This document shows, piece after piece, positions 1-8,134 of a DNA stretch of 32,000 bases (its first letter is position 1; each line of letters starts with the position of its first letter). The position numbers and the translations under genes were made by a program. The notes under the pieces are model-generated. The model saw only the letters and a list, made by a program, of their open reading frames with translations, was not told where the DNA came from and did no database searches. The stretch comes from Intestinicryptomonas porci (GTDB taxonomy: Bacteria; Verrucomicrobiota; Verrucomicrobiia; Opitutales; Intestinicryptomonadaceae): the NCBI RefSeq assembly GCF_033971905.1, contig NZ_JALBUT010000009.1, positions 8,615 to 40,614 on the forward strand. Direction: 5' to 3'.

Positions 1-122
1 AAATGCGGGGCGACCTCATAGAAAGGAGGTGATTGTAAGATTTGAGGTCTAATTCGATTCTTAATCGTAATTACAAAAACAAGTAAAAATTACTTTGGCT
101 GAATTGTCAATAAAAAGTCTGA

Positions 123-725
123 TTATTCGGCTACAAAGATTTTTAGCTTTTTAGCCCAAATTACAAAACCACAGGCATTTTCAATTTCTCGCGTACCGAA
201 CTCGTCATCGATATCGCTGATTTTCACACAGATTGCCTTCGGAGCGTCAAACTTTATAATCGTTATCGGCTCGTTTGGGTTATAGACTTGCCTGCGCGTA
301 AGAAGCTCGGCGTTTTTGAACTCTTCAAAATTGCACTTTAATACATCTACGCAGTTTTTTCCTTTTCCGTAAAGATTTGAGTATTTTACGCCATCTATAA
401 CGATATTCCCGTTTTCTGAAATTGTTGAAAATGCATCAATCCAAAATGTTGACAACAAGGCAGTATCTATTTTCGCTTTTTCTTGTATTTCACCTTTGTA
501 TTTTTTGTAAACAACATCTCCATCAAAATCATTTAAAATTAAATAACAATCTCCAAGCTTTTCGCCGCGAACCATATCTTTTTCCTTTTTGGCAAGAGAA
601 TAATGTACTGCATAGTCAAGCAATGTCTTTTCAGAAGAGCTTATAGCAGGACGACAAGTCGAATATTTACCCGAACCAGCAAGCTTGAATTTATATATCT
701 TTTGACCTTTTGTATATTTCATCAA
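123..725 (-). CDS. hypothetical protein, 200 aa, no family recognised (AT-rich orphan)
   Basis: Complete 200-aa ORF (MMKYTKGQKIYKF...). It has no long competing ORF; the only overlap is a 74-aa shadow ORF. It contains no motif I recognise. My hand count of 181-600 gives about 36% G+C, lower than the neighbouring dcw genes. Confidence 0.5.
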   Translation of the reverse strand: MMKYTKGQKIYKFKLAGSGKYSTCRPAISSSEKTLLDYAVHYSLAKKEKDMVRGEKLGDCYLILNDFDGDVVYKKYKGEIQEKAKIDTALLSTFWIDAFSTISENGNIVIDGVKYSNLYGKGKNCVDVLKCNFEEFKNAELLTRRQVYNPNEPITIIKFDAPKAICVKISDIDDEFGTREIENACGFVIWAKKLKIFVAE

Positions 726-1098
726 TTCTTTCTAATTAAACACACAATTTTTACAAAAACTTTTTAATAAAAAAAAGACTTAAAGATAAATTTAAATCCA
801 TTAGTAAACTGCGCTCAAACATAAAATGCGAGCAAAGCAAGAAATCGACGAAAATTGTATATTCGCAAAGAGTAGGAAGCATCAACTTGGTAATATTTTT
901 GCAGATTTTACATTTAATGAAATTTTAAGAGGGCTTTTGGGAGATACAAAAACCCCATTTTAATGCAAAAAATCGGTTTCTTTTTAAGGATATTCAAAAT
1001 TTGCGATTTTTTAGAGAAAATTTTTCATAAGTTCGATTTTTTTCTGCGTAAGTCGTTTTTCATCAATTTGTATTCATTTTTTTAAATAAAATAAAAAA

Positions 1099-1131
1099 TT
1101 TTCCAAAAAATGGAGTTTTTTTCCAAAAAAA
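1099..1131 (+). repeat. Direct repeat TTCCAAAAAA x2, exactly 20 bp apart; UP-element-like A-tracts just upstream of the dcw -35
   Basis: TTCCAAAAAA occurs at 1101-1110 and 1121-1130, each preceded by a T-run. The second copy ends 3 nt before TTGACA (1134-1139). Confidence 0.5.
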
Positions 1132-1133
1132 TG

Positions 1134-1161
1134 TTGACAGTGGGTAAAAATGGGCGATTAT
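1134..1161 (+). promoter_or_regulatory. Candidate sigma70-type dcw promoter (Pmra)
   Basis: Perfect -35 TTGACA at 1134-1139, a 16-nt spacer, then GATTAT at 1156-1161 (4/6 match to TATAAT). A/T-rich upstream tracts precede it. Confidence 0.5.
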
Positions 1162-1175
1162 GGTAGGAAATGGGT
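1140..1175 (+). promoter_or_regulatory. Candidate MraZ operator: four direct repeats TGGGT/TGGGC/TGGTA/TGGGT in exact 10-bp register
   Basis: The repeats start at 1141, 1151, 1161 and 1171, written as TGGGTAAAAA TGGGCGATTA TGGTAGGAAA TGGGTGAAAA. This matches the TGGGN-N5 direct-repeat architecture reported for the E. coli MraZ operator. The repeats overlap the spacer, the -10 and the expected transcription start. Confidence 0.6.
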
Positions 1176-1227
1176 GAAAAATACTGATACAACTATGTCC
1201 ACTTCTCGAACAGCCAGACCTTTCTTT

Positions 1228-1656
1228 ATGGGCGAATACACTCGTCCCATGGATGACAAGCGACGTCTGACTGTGCCGTCAAAGTGGAGGTTTTCAGGCG
1301 ATGACGGCGAAAATGCCTATCTCGCGCTCCCAAATCCGAACGGCTCGATAACCCTCTACCCTCCTGAAATGATGGAAAAGCTGTATGAAAAAGTCTCCCA
1401 GATGGGGATGGCAAATCAGGACAGGCAAAGGGTGCTGATGAATATTTTTAGAAAGGGCGAAAGTCTCGGCTGCGACAAGCAGGGCAGAATTTCGCTTACG
1501 GAAAAATTGACTGCGTATGCGGGAATTTCCAAAGAGACGATTTTAATTGGCAATCTTACAACCTTCCAAATTTGGAACCCTGAAAAGTTTGAAGAATGGT
1601 CAAACAAAGAAGGTGGAGAAAGCGTTGAAGACGTGCTGAACGAACTTGGAATTTAA
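1228..1656 (+). CDS. mraZ: Transcriptional regulator MraZ
   Basis: Two DxxxR SpoVT/AbrB-type half-domains are present (DDKRRLTVPSKWR and DKQGRISLTEKL). It is the first gene of the dcw cluster. Starting at ATG 1228 gives MGEYTRPMDDKRRL, which aligns to the canonical MFMGEY N-terminus, and a typical length of 142 aa. The ORF-track start at 1150 lies inside the promoter/operator. ATG 1195 is an alternative start. Confidence 0.9.
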   Translation: MGEYTRPMDDKRRLTVPSKWRFSGDDGENAYLALPNPNGSITLYPPEMMEKLYEKVSQMGMANQDRQRVLMNIFRKGESLGCDKQGRISLTEKLTAYAGISKETILIGNLTTFQIWNPEKFEEWSNKEGGESVEDVLNELGI

Positions 1657-1831
1657 CCGGACAAAACAATGCAGAACATATCAAGACTACTGATTTCAAC
1701 AGGCACCCTCACAATCGCAAGAGAAGACCCGCGTTCGGGTTGGGAATATTTTGAACTCCCGCCCTCCCAGCAAAAAAAGCAGCAAAAGAACTCAACACCA
1801 AAAAAAAGAAACCTATTCAAAGCCCTGTTAG

Positions 1832-2779
1832 ATGCCTTCAAGATGCCCTGAAAGTCAAGATTTTCCCGATAAAATCGGACACGAACCCGTGCTGAAAAAC
1901 GAGTCTGTCGCGCTTCTTGCGCCGAAAGACGGGGGGGCGTACATAGACTGCACTTTCGGGGGCGGCGGACATTCCCGCGCGATTTTGGAAAGCGCAGACT
2001 GCACTTTAACGGCATTTGACAAAGACAGGGACGCGGCAATCCGCGCAAGAGAATTTGCAAAAGATTTCCCCGGCAGATTTCAATTTATAGGAGAGTCATT
2101 CTCCAAACTGAACGAACTAAAAACATCGGGATACGTCGGGATTCTAATGGATCTCGGCGTATCCTCATTCCAGCTTGACGAAGCCGACCGCGGTTTTTCG
2201 CTCCGCAAAGAAGGTCCGATTGACATGCGCATGGACGTTTCAAGTGGCATTACCGCCCTTGAACTCATCGAAAGGACGCCGCTTTTCGAGCTTGAAGAAA
2301 TCATACGCGATTACGGGGAAGAACCGCGTTATAGAAAAGTCGCAAAAGCGTTGAAAGATGCCGCCCAAAACGGCGAACTTAAAACCACCATCGACTTGGC
2401 GAACCTCGTTGAAAAAGTTTTGGGGCGCAATCCGCGCTCAAAAATCCATCCCGCGACTTTGACATTCCAAGCCTTGCGAATTGCGGTAAACGACGAGCTT
2501 CAAGAAATCGAAAAAGCCCTGCCCGCCGCATTCAACTTGCTTTCCTCTGGCGGAGTTTTAGCGGTCATATCGTTCCACTCGCTTGAAGACAGGATTGTAA
2601 AAAAATTCTTCAAAAAGATGGCGGGAAGACCCGAAGACCGCTTCGACAACTCTTTTGTGCAAGAGCGCGTAAAGCTTGCAGAAATAATAACACGCAAGCC
2701 CATAACCGCAACAGATGAAGAAATTTCAAAGAACCCGCGCTCGCGCTCCGCTAAATTAAGGGCAATTAGAAAGCTGTAA
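1832..2779 (+). CDS. rsmH: 16S rRNA (cytosine1402-N4)-methyltransferase RsmH (MraW)
   Basis: Motifs HEPVL, DCTFGGGGHS, DLGVSSFQLD and SFHSLEDRIVK are present. It sits second in the dcw cluster. An in-frame TAG immediately upstream (1829-1831) fixes the start. Confidence 0.95.
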   Translation: MPSRCPESQDFPDKIGHEPVLKNESVALLAPKDGGAYIDCTFGGGGHSRAILESADCTLTAFDKDRDAAIRAREFAKDFPGRFQFIGESFSKLNELKTSGYVGILMDLGVSSFQLDEADRGFSLRKEGPIDMRMDVSSGITALELIERTPLFELEEIIRDYGEEPRYRKVAKALKDAAQNGELKTTIDLANLVEKVLGRNPRSKIHPATLTFQALRIAVNDELQEIEKALPAAFNLLSSGGVLAVISFHSLEDRIVKKFFKKMAGRPEDRFDNSFVQERVKLAEIITRKPITATDEEISKNPRSRSAKLRAIRKL

Positions 2780-2783
2780 AACA

Positions 2784-3167
2784 ATGAAAAAACAAACACA
2801 AAGCCTCATGCCGTCATTTTTAAAGCTGTCAATTTTGTTTTGCGCCATTTTGACAAGCGGCGCTCTCGGCAAGTCGTTTTTCATGCGCGAATGCTCGAAT
2901 ATTGCAAAAGAAATGAAGCGCGCCGAAAGCGAAATCAGAATTTTAAACCGCGAAAACGACTTCTGGGACGCTGAAATCGCCAAGATGCAGGCACCGTCAA
3001 GCCTGAGGGCAAAAGCAGGCTCAAAGCTTGCTCCGCCCGCCGCGGATAAAGTCGTGCTTGCCTACGAAATCACAGAAATTTTGCCAAACGGAGAAAAAGC
3101 CCAAAGACGTCTGCTCTCTCGCAGAGCCGACGGACAGCACAAAACATTCAAAACCGCAAAGAGATGA
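2784..3167 (+). CDS. ftsL: Cell division protein FtsL-like (bitopic, coiled coil)
   Basis: The product is 127 aa with one N-terminal TM helix (LKLSILFCAILTSGAL) followed by a heptad-like segment (EMKRAESEIRILNRENDFWDAEIAKM). It lies in the canonical slot between rsmH and ftsI, with an ATGA stop/start overlap onto ftsI. Confidence 0.7.
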   Translation: MKKQTQSLMPSFLKLSILFCAILTSGALGKSFFMRECSNIAKEMKRAESEIRILNRENDFWDAEIAKMQAPSSLRAKAGSKLAPPAADKVVLAYEITEILPNGEKAQRRLLSRRADGQHKTFKTAKR

Positions 3168-4954
3168 AATGCTCGCCGTTCATATCAAAATGGAGATACC
3201 GCGCCGTGCTGTTTGGCACTGCAGGGATATTTTGCATTATGCTGTGGCGGCTTTACGATCTCCATATAATTGAAAGCAAAAACAGCAAAGACGCCGTTCA
3301 AAGCCAGCGACAAATCGTAAGCCCCATAAGCGCGAAGCGCGGCAACATCACCGACGCCCGCGGCAACATTTTGGCTACGTCGCGCTCTGTGATAGACTTG
3401 GGCGTCGATCCTGAAGCGATAAAGGAAAAGTTCGACCGTCCCGAAACTCGGGAAAAGCTTTCAAAAATGGCGCATATTTTAAATCTTCCGCTTTCGGAAA
3501 TCTTGGAAAAATGCAAAAGCGAAGAAATAATATCCCCCTCCGGAAGAATAATCAAACGCCGCTGGAAGCTCATCGCAAAAGTTGAAGAAAATGTCTATGA
3601 AGAGATTTCAGCCTTAAAAATCTACGGAATAACAGGCGACAGAAAATACGTCCGCACCTACCCATCGGAAGGCTTGGCAGCGCACGTCATCGGCTTTGTC
3701 AACAAGGAAGGCGTCGCAGTCGATGGCATAGAGAAGAACGCAGACTGGTATTTAAAGGGGCAGGAAGGCTGGATTCAAAGCGAAAAAGACGCCCGTCGCC
3801 GCGAGCTTGCGCATTTCAGAACGCGCGAAGTACCCGCAACAGACGGAATGAACATCGAACTTTCAATAGACATAATAATACAGGAAATGGCAAACCGCCA
3901 GCTCCAAAAAATTGTCGAAGAATTCAATCCCGAAAACGCGACAATCATAGTAAGCGACCCCGCAACGGGATTTATTTTGGCACTCGCAAACTATCCCTCT
4001 TTCGACCCGAACAATTACAACAAATACCCTGTTGCAAACCTCAAAAATTTTGCCCTCTCTTCGCAAATAGAACCGGGTTCGACATTTAAAATTGTCCCGA
4101 TTTCTGCGGCTCTGAACGAAGGGCTTGTCACGCAGGACGACACTTTCGACTGTTCCCAGCCAACCCTCACCCATCGCGGCAGGATTTTAAAGCTTCCGCC
4201 CGACGACCATCCCGCGGGGGTTTTGAGCGTCCGCCAAATCGCGGAAAAAAGCTCCAACAGAGGGTCTGCGCAGCTCGGCGCGATGCTCGGCGAACAAAAG
4301 CTTTTTGAATACGCAAAAATGTTCGGATACGGCTCAAAAACAAACATTGGGCTTTCGGGAGAAATAAACGGCGTTTTGATGAACCCAAAGAACTGGGATG
4401 GGCTTACAATAACAAGGCTCCCGATGGGGCATGCCGTTGCCGCAACGCCCCTTCAAATACACTGCTCGATGGCGACCCTCGCAAACCAGGGAGTATATAT
4501 GCGCCCCCAGCTTGTAAAGAGGATTTTTTCGGAAAAGACGGGAAAGGAAATAGTATTCGCCCCAAAACGCCTGAGGCAGGTTGTAAGCCCCAAAACGGCT
4601 TCAATCATGTGCGACATTTTAACTGACGTCACCGAAAAAGGCACAGGGAAAAACGCCCTCGTAAGCGGATTTAAAGTCGCGGGGAAAACAGGGACGGCGC
4701 AAAAAATAATTGACGGCAAATACAGCAAAAAACAGCACGTCGGCTCGTTTTCGGGATTTTTCCCGTCGGACAGGCCGCGCCTTGTGATAACCGTAATTGT
4801 CGATGACGCCAAAAGGCAAAACGGCAGACCCGCCTACGGCTCTGTTGTGGCCGCCCCCGCATTCGCAAACATAGCAAAAGAAGCGGCGAGCTATCTCGGC
4901 ATCCAGACAGACGAAGAATTTGAAAACATCATAGCATTGAAAGATTGGGAATGA
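3164..4954 (+). CDS. ftsI: Peptidoglycan D,D-transpeptidase FtsI (class B PBP)
   Basis: It has an N-terminal TM anchor and the penicillin-binding triad SxxK (STFK), SxN (SSN) and KTG (KTGT) in the correct order. The dcw position also fits. Confidence 0.95.
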   Translation: MKCSPFISKWRYRAVLFGTAGIFCIMLWRLYDLHIIESKNSKDAVQSQRQIVSPISAKRGNITDARGNILATSRSVIDLGVDPEAIKEKFDRPETREKLSKMAHILNLPLSEILEKCKSEEIISPSGRIIKRRWKLIAKVEENVYEEISALKIYGITGDRKYVRTYPSEGLAAHVIGFVNKEGVAVDGIEKNADWYLKGQEGWIQSEKDARRRELAHFRTREVPATDGMNIELSIDIIIQEMANRQLQKIVEEFNPENATIIVSDPATGFILALANYPSFDPNNYNKYPVANLKNFALSSQIEPGSTFKIVPISAALNEGLVTQDDTFDCSQPTLTHRGRILKLPPDDHPAGVLSVRQIAEKSSNRGSAQLGAMLGEQKLFEYAKMFGYGSKTNIGLSGEINGVLMNPKNWDGLTITRLPMGHAVAATPLQIHCSMATLANQGVYMRPQLVKRIFSEKTGKEIVFAPKRLRQVVSPKTASIMCDILTDVTEKGTGKNALVSGFKVAGKTGTAQKIIDGKYSKKQHVGSFSGFFPSDRPRLVITVIVDDAKRQNGRPAYGSVVAAPAFANIAKEAASYLGIQTDEEFENIIALKDWE

Positions 4955-6522
4955 TAGGATTTAAAAATTTGGCAAGTTTAATTTGCATGACTCCGCGCGG
5001 CGGGCTTTCTTTCGCGCAGACCGACGGCGGCGAAAGCGCGTTCACGGTTGACATGCTCGCAAAAGCGGTAAAATGCAAAAAGCTTTCGGGCGAAAAAAAC
5101 ACCGAAATCAAAAACCTCACAAACGACAGCAGAAGGGTCGTAAAAGGCGCGGCTTTCTTTGCTGTCTCTGGGGCAAACACCGACGGCAACCTGTACATAG
5201 AAGAAGCCGCCCACAGAGGTGCGGTCGCGATAATTTCCGAACGTCCCGCCCCCGGAAAATATTTCCCGTGCGCATGGATTGAAGTCGAAAACATTTCAAT
5301 GGCGATGGCAATGGCGTCAAAGGCGTTTTACGAAAATCCGGACGAACATCTTGATATTTTCGCGGTTACAGGAACAAACGGCAAGACGAGTGTGACATGG
5401 CTAGTACAGCATATTTTAAACGATATGCAGGAAAAATGCGGGCTTATCGGCACAATCCAATACGACCTCGGCGGAAGATGCCTGCCCGCCGCGCGCACGA
5501 CGCCGCAGGCTCTCGAAACCTACGCGATGCTCCACCAGATGCGCCGCGCAAAATGCAAGGCTGCGGCAATCGAAATAAGCTCGCACGCAATCGCGCAAAA
5601 GAGGGTTGAAGGGCTTGCGATAGACTGCGCATGCTTCACGAATCTTACGCAAGACCACATCGACTACCATCTCGACATGCAGTCGTACTTCGAGACAAAG
5701 GCGTCGCTCTTTACGGGCGGGCATGCCCCGCTTCCGAAAAATGCGGCGATAAACTTCGACGACCCGAAAGGCGTCGAAATAGCCTCGCGCATAGACAAAA
5801 AAAACACAAAGGTCATATCATTTTCGATAGAAAACCCAGATGCCGACATACGCGCAAAAGACTTGGAATTAAATCCGCAGTCGTCCTCTTTTACTCTCGT
5901 TTACCCGAATGGCGAAGCGAAAGTGGAATTGAAGCTTCCGGGCAGATACAATGTTTCAAACGCCCTTGCGGCATTCGCCTGCCTTTATTCAAAGGGCTAC
6001 GATTTGAGCATGGCGGCGGCGGCCTTAAAATCGTTTAAGGGAGTTCCCGGAAGAATGCAAAAAGTCTCCTCCAACGCGCCGTTTGACATCTTTGTTGACT
6101 ACGCCCACACCGACGACGCCCTGAAAAACGGGCTTGAAATGCTAAGGGAAGTCGTAAAAGGCAAAATACTCGTCGTATTCGGCTGCGGAGGCAAACGCGA
6201 CAGGACAAAACGCCCAAAAATGACCGCCGTCGTGCAAAAGTATGCCGACATAGCCTGGGCGACTTCCGACAATCCGCGCGGAGAAGACATAAACACAATT
6301 TTCGGCGACATGAAATCGGGAGTTTCCGATCCCTCAAAAATCGCCTTTGTGGAAGACCGCAGAAGAGCCATAAACCTCGCAATAGACGCCGCAAGCGCGG
6401 GCGACTGCATTCTTATCGCGGGCAAAGGGCACGAAGCTTTTCAAGAACTCGGCGACACCATCATACCGTTTGATGACAAGCGTGTTGCCGAAGAATTATT
6501 AACAGTAAAAGGATTATCTTAA
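4951..6522 (+). CDS. murE: UDP-N-acetylmuramoyl-L-alanyl-D-glutamate--2,6-diaminopimelate ligase MurE
   Basis: Mur ligase P-loop GTNGKTS and the DNPR motif (SDNPRGED) typical of meso-DAP-adding MurE are present. ATG 4951 forms an ATGA overlap with the ftsI stop. The track start at 4945 is TTG. ATG 5053 (MLAKAV...) would give the N-terminal length closest to E. coli MurE. Confidence 0.93.
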   Translation: MIGFKNLASLICMTPRGGLSFAQTDGGESAFTVDMLAKAVKCKKLSGEKNTEIKNLTNDSRRVVKGAAFFAVSGANTDGNLYIEEAAHRGAVAIISERPAPGKYFPCAWIEVENISMAMAMASKAFYENPDEHLDIFAVTGTNGKTSVTWLVQHILNDMQEKCGLIGTIQYDLGGRCLPAARTTPQALETYAMLHQMRRAKCKAAAIEISSHAIAQKRVEGLAIDCACFTNLTQDHIDYHLDMQSYFETKASLFTGGHAPLPKNAAINFDDPKGVEIASRIDKKNTKVISFSIENPDADIRAKDLELNPQSSSFTLVYPNGEAKVELKLPGRYNVSNALAAFACLYSKGYDLSMAAAALKSFKGVPGRMQKVSSNAPFDIFVDYAHTDDALKNGLEMLREVVKGKILVVFGCGGKRDRTKRPKMTAVVQKYADIAWATSDNPRGEDINTIFGDMKSGVSDPSKIAFVEDRRRAINLAIDAASAGDCILIAGKGHEAFQELGDTIIPFDDKRVAEELLTVKGLS

Positions 6523-6523
6523 T

Positions 6524-8113
6524 ATGCCGCTTTTTAAAATAGATGACTTACAGGTTTGGACTGCCGGAAAATGGTCGGGATTGCAGAAAAAGTATCCCGA
6601 AATAAAAGGTTTTTCTACAGATTCGCGCAACATGCAGCCGAATTTCGCCTTCGTTGCGTTGTGCGCTAAAAGAGACGGGCACGACTTCATTGAAGACGCC
6701 GTAAAAAACGGCGCGGTTGCCGTAATCGCCTCGAAAGACGTTGAAACTTCCGTGCCAGTCTTAAAGGTTGAAGACACCTTGAAAGCCTTGCAGACAATCG
6801 CAAAATTCCACCGCCTACGCTTCGATGCGCCCGTTGTCGGTATAACAGGCTCATGCGGAAAAACGAGCACAAAGGAATTCATATCGCACCTCGCCGCGTG
6901 GAAAAAACCCTTGTCAACCAAGGAAAATTTCAACAATGAAATCGGGGTTGCCCTTACCCTCACACAAATCGACATTCGCGAAAACCTTTGCGCGGTAATC
7001 GAAGCGGGAGTGGCAAAATGCGGGCAGATGAAAGAGCTTGCCGACATGATTGAACCCGACATAGCCGTAATTACGAATATCGCCCCCTGCCACATGGAAG
7101 GCTTTGGAGAAATTGCAAACATTGCAAGGGAAAAATCCCTGCTCGCGCGCGGGGTTGCAAAAGACGGCTGGGTTGTAATGCACTCAAATCTTTTAAGCTG
7201 GAAGGCCTTTGAAGAATTGGAATGCAAAAAAGCAGTGCTTGCCCCGAACGACGCCCCCGAAATCCGCGCAGACTTGGTTTTCAGATACTCGGTAAAGGAA
7301 GAGAAAGACCTTGTCAAAATAGACCTCGCCATAGAAGACGGCGGCGAATACTACTTTGAAATGCCGCTCTTTACAAAAGGAATGACAGAAAACGCCCTTC
7401 TTTCAATCGCGACAGCCCTGATGCTCGGCACAACCGAAGAGCAAATAGCAATGCGCCTTGAAACGCTGAAAACGGGCGCAATGCGCGGTTCGATAGTAGA
7501 AACCGAAAAGGCGAAATTTTACATCGACTGCTACAACGCCTCCCCCGCCTCAATGAAAGACGCGATGCGCCGCTTCCTGTCGATAAGCGAAAACTCTCCG
7601 CGAATGTTCGTCTTGGGAGACATGGCGGAGCTTGGGCTTGCAACCCTGCGCTACCACAAGGAAATCGGGGAAATTACGCCTTTTGCAGAAGGGAACAAAG
7701 CGGTGTTAGTGGGCGCAAACGCGCAAATTTACAAAGACGCTATGCTTTCAAAAGGCTGGGATGAAAACAGCATTTCAATCTTTGAAAAATCGCCCGACGC
7801 GGCAGGCGCGCTCGCGGATTTCAGCGGCTGGATTTTCGTAAAGGGAAGCAGAGTCTGCGAACTTGAAAAGTCATTGCCAAGCGAAGTTAAAGCGTCGCTT
7901 CCGTCTTCTATTCAAGAAGAAGAGGAGCAGGCTTCTGAAAGCGAAATTCCCGAGGAAGAAACCGGAGAAATTCAGGAAGAAAACGACGAGGAAGACGAAA
8001 ATTTCAACGAATTTGAAGAGGAAAATTTTGAGGACGAAGACATCGAAAACGATTATTCGGAAGAAGAATCTGACGATGAAGAAAAATCAGAAAGCCTTGA
8101 AGACAGATTTTAA
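6524..8113 (+). CDS. murF: UDP-N-acetylmuramoyl-tripeptide--D-alanyl-D-alanine ligase MurF with an atypical polyacidic C-terminal extension
   Basis: P-loop GITGSCGKTST is present. The core ends with the typical ...FVKGSRVCELEKSL. There is no stop codon there, so the frame continues for a further 78 codons. Confidence 0.93.
   Translation: MPLFKIDDLQVWTAGKWSGLQKKYPEIKGFSTDSRNMQPNFAFVALCAKRDGHDFIEDAVKNGAVAVIASKDVETSVPVLKVEDTLKALQTIAKFHRLRFDAPVVGITGSCGKTSTKEFISHLAAWKKPLSTKENFNNEIGVALTLTQIDIRENLCAVIEAGVAKCGQMKELADMIEPDIAVITNIAPCHMEGFGEIANIAREKSLLARGVAKDGWVVMHSNLLSWKAFEELECKKAVLAPNDAPEIRADLVFRYSVKEEKDLVKIDLAIEDGGEYYFEMPLFTKGMTENALLSIATALMLGTTEEQIAMRLETLKTGAMRGSIVETEKAKFYIDCYNASPASMKDAMRRFLSISENSPRMFVLGDMAELGLATLRYHKEIGEITPFAEGNKAVLVGANAQIYKDAMLSKGWDENSISIFEKSPDAAGALADFSGWIFVKGSRVCELEKSLPSEVKASLPSSIQEEEEQASESEIPEEETGEIQEENDEEDENFNEFEEENFEDEDIENDYSEEESDDEEKSESLEDRF
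7877..8110 (+). other. Polyacidic low-complexity tail of MurF (78 aa, 38 D/E, 3 K/R)
   Basis: The tail translates as PSEVKASLPSSIQEEEEQASESEIPEEETGEIQEENDEEDENFNEFEEENFEDEDIENDYSEEESDDEEKSESLEDRF. The underlying DNA is purine-rich and T-poor. Confidence 0.8.
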
Positions 8114-8134
8114 AACTACCGAAAGCCAAAAGAC

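Noticed and set aside
21-35. AGAAAGGAGGTGAT on the + strand is a perfect Shine-Dalgarno. Its complement, ATCACCTCCTTTCT, is identical to the 3' tail of 16S rRNA, which raised the possibility of an rRNA gene end.
   Set aside because: The adjacent - strand sequence (revcomp of 36-70) bears no resemblance to the conserved 16S 3' region (..GAACCTGCGGCTGG..). No usable start codon or ORF follows it on the + strand either (TTG-TAA, or a 15-codon ORF at most). It is too close to the window edge to interpret.
12-49. Inverted repeat GACCTCA ... TGAGGTC, a possible terminator for ORF 123-725.
   Set aside because: It has a 7-bp stem with a 24-nt loop and no adjoining U-tract on either strand, so it is not a credible intrinsic terminator. 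It may lie within the 3' end of an upstream gene.
826-963. A 45-codon ORF (MRAKQEIDENCIFAKSRKHQLGNIFADFTFNEILRGLLGDTKTPF) in the AT-rich spacer.
   Set aside because: It has no ribosome-binding site and no recognisable motif, and it is short enough to arise by chance. It cannot be supported from sequence alone.
1150-1227. The ORF-track N-terminal extension of mraZ (26 extra residues).
   Set aside because: It lies within the promoter spacer, the -10 and the operator repeats. The extension has no counterpart in MraZ proteins, which begin at the MFxGEY-like motif.
6514-7332. Long antisense ORFs opposite conserved genes: 6514-7332 (272 aa, opposite murF), 13338-14066 (242 aa, murG/murC), 18146-18778 (210 aa, ftsZ), 21842-22474 (210 aa, comM), 24531-25211 (226 aa, atpD) and 27690-28352 (220 aa, atpH/atpF).
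   Set aside because: Each lies fully opposite a gene with unambiguous catalytic motifs. Their compositions are Arg-, Ser-, Ala- or Phe-rich and typical of shadow frames, with no recognisable domains.
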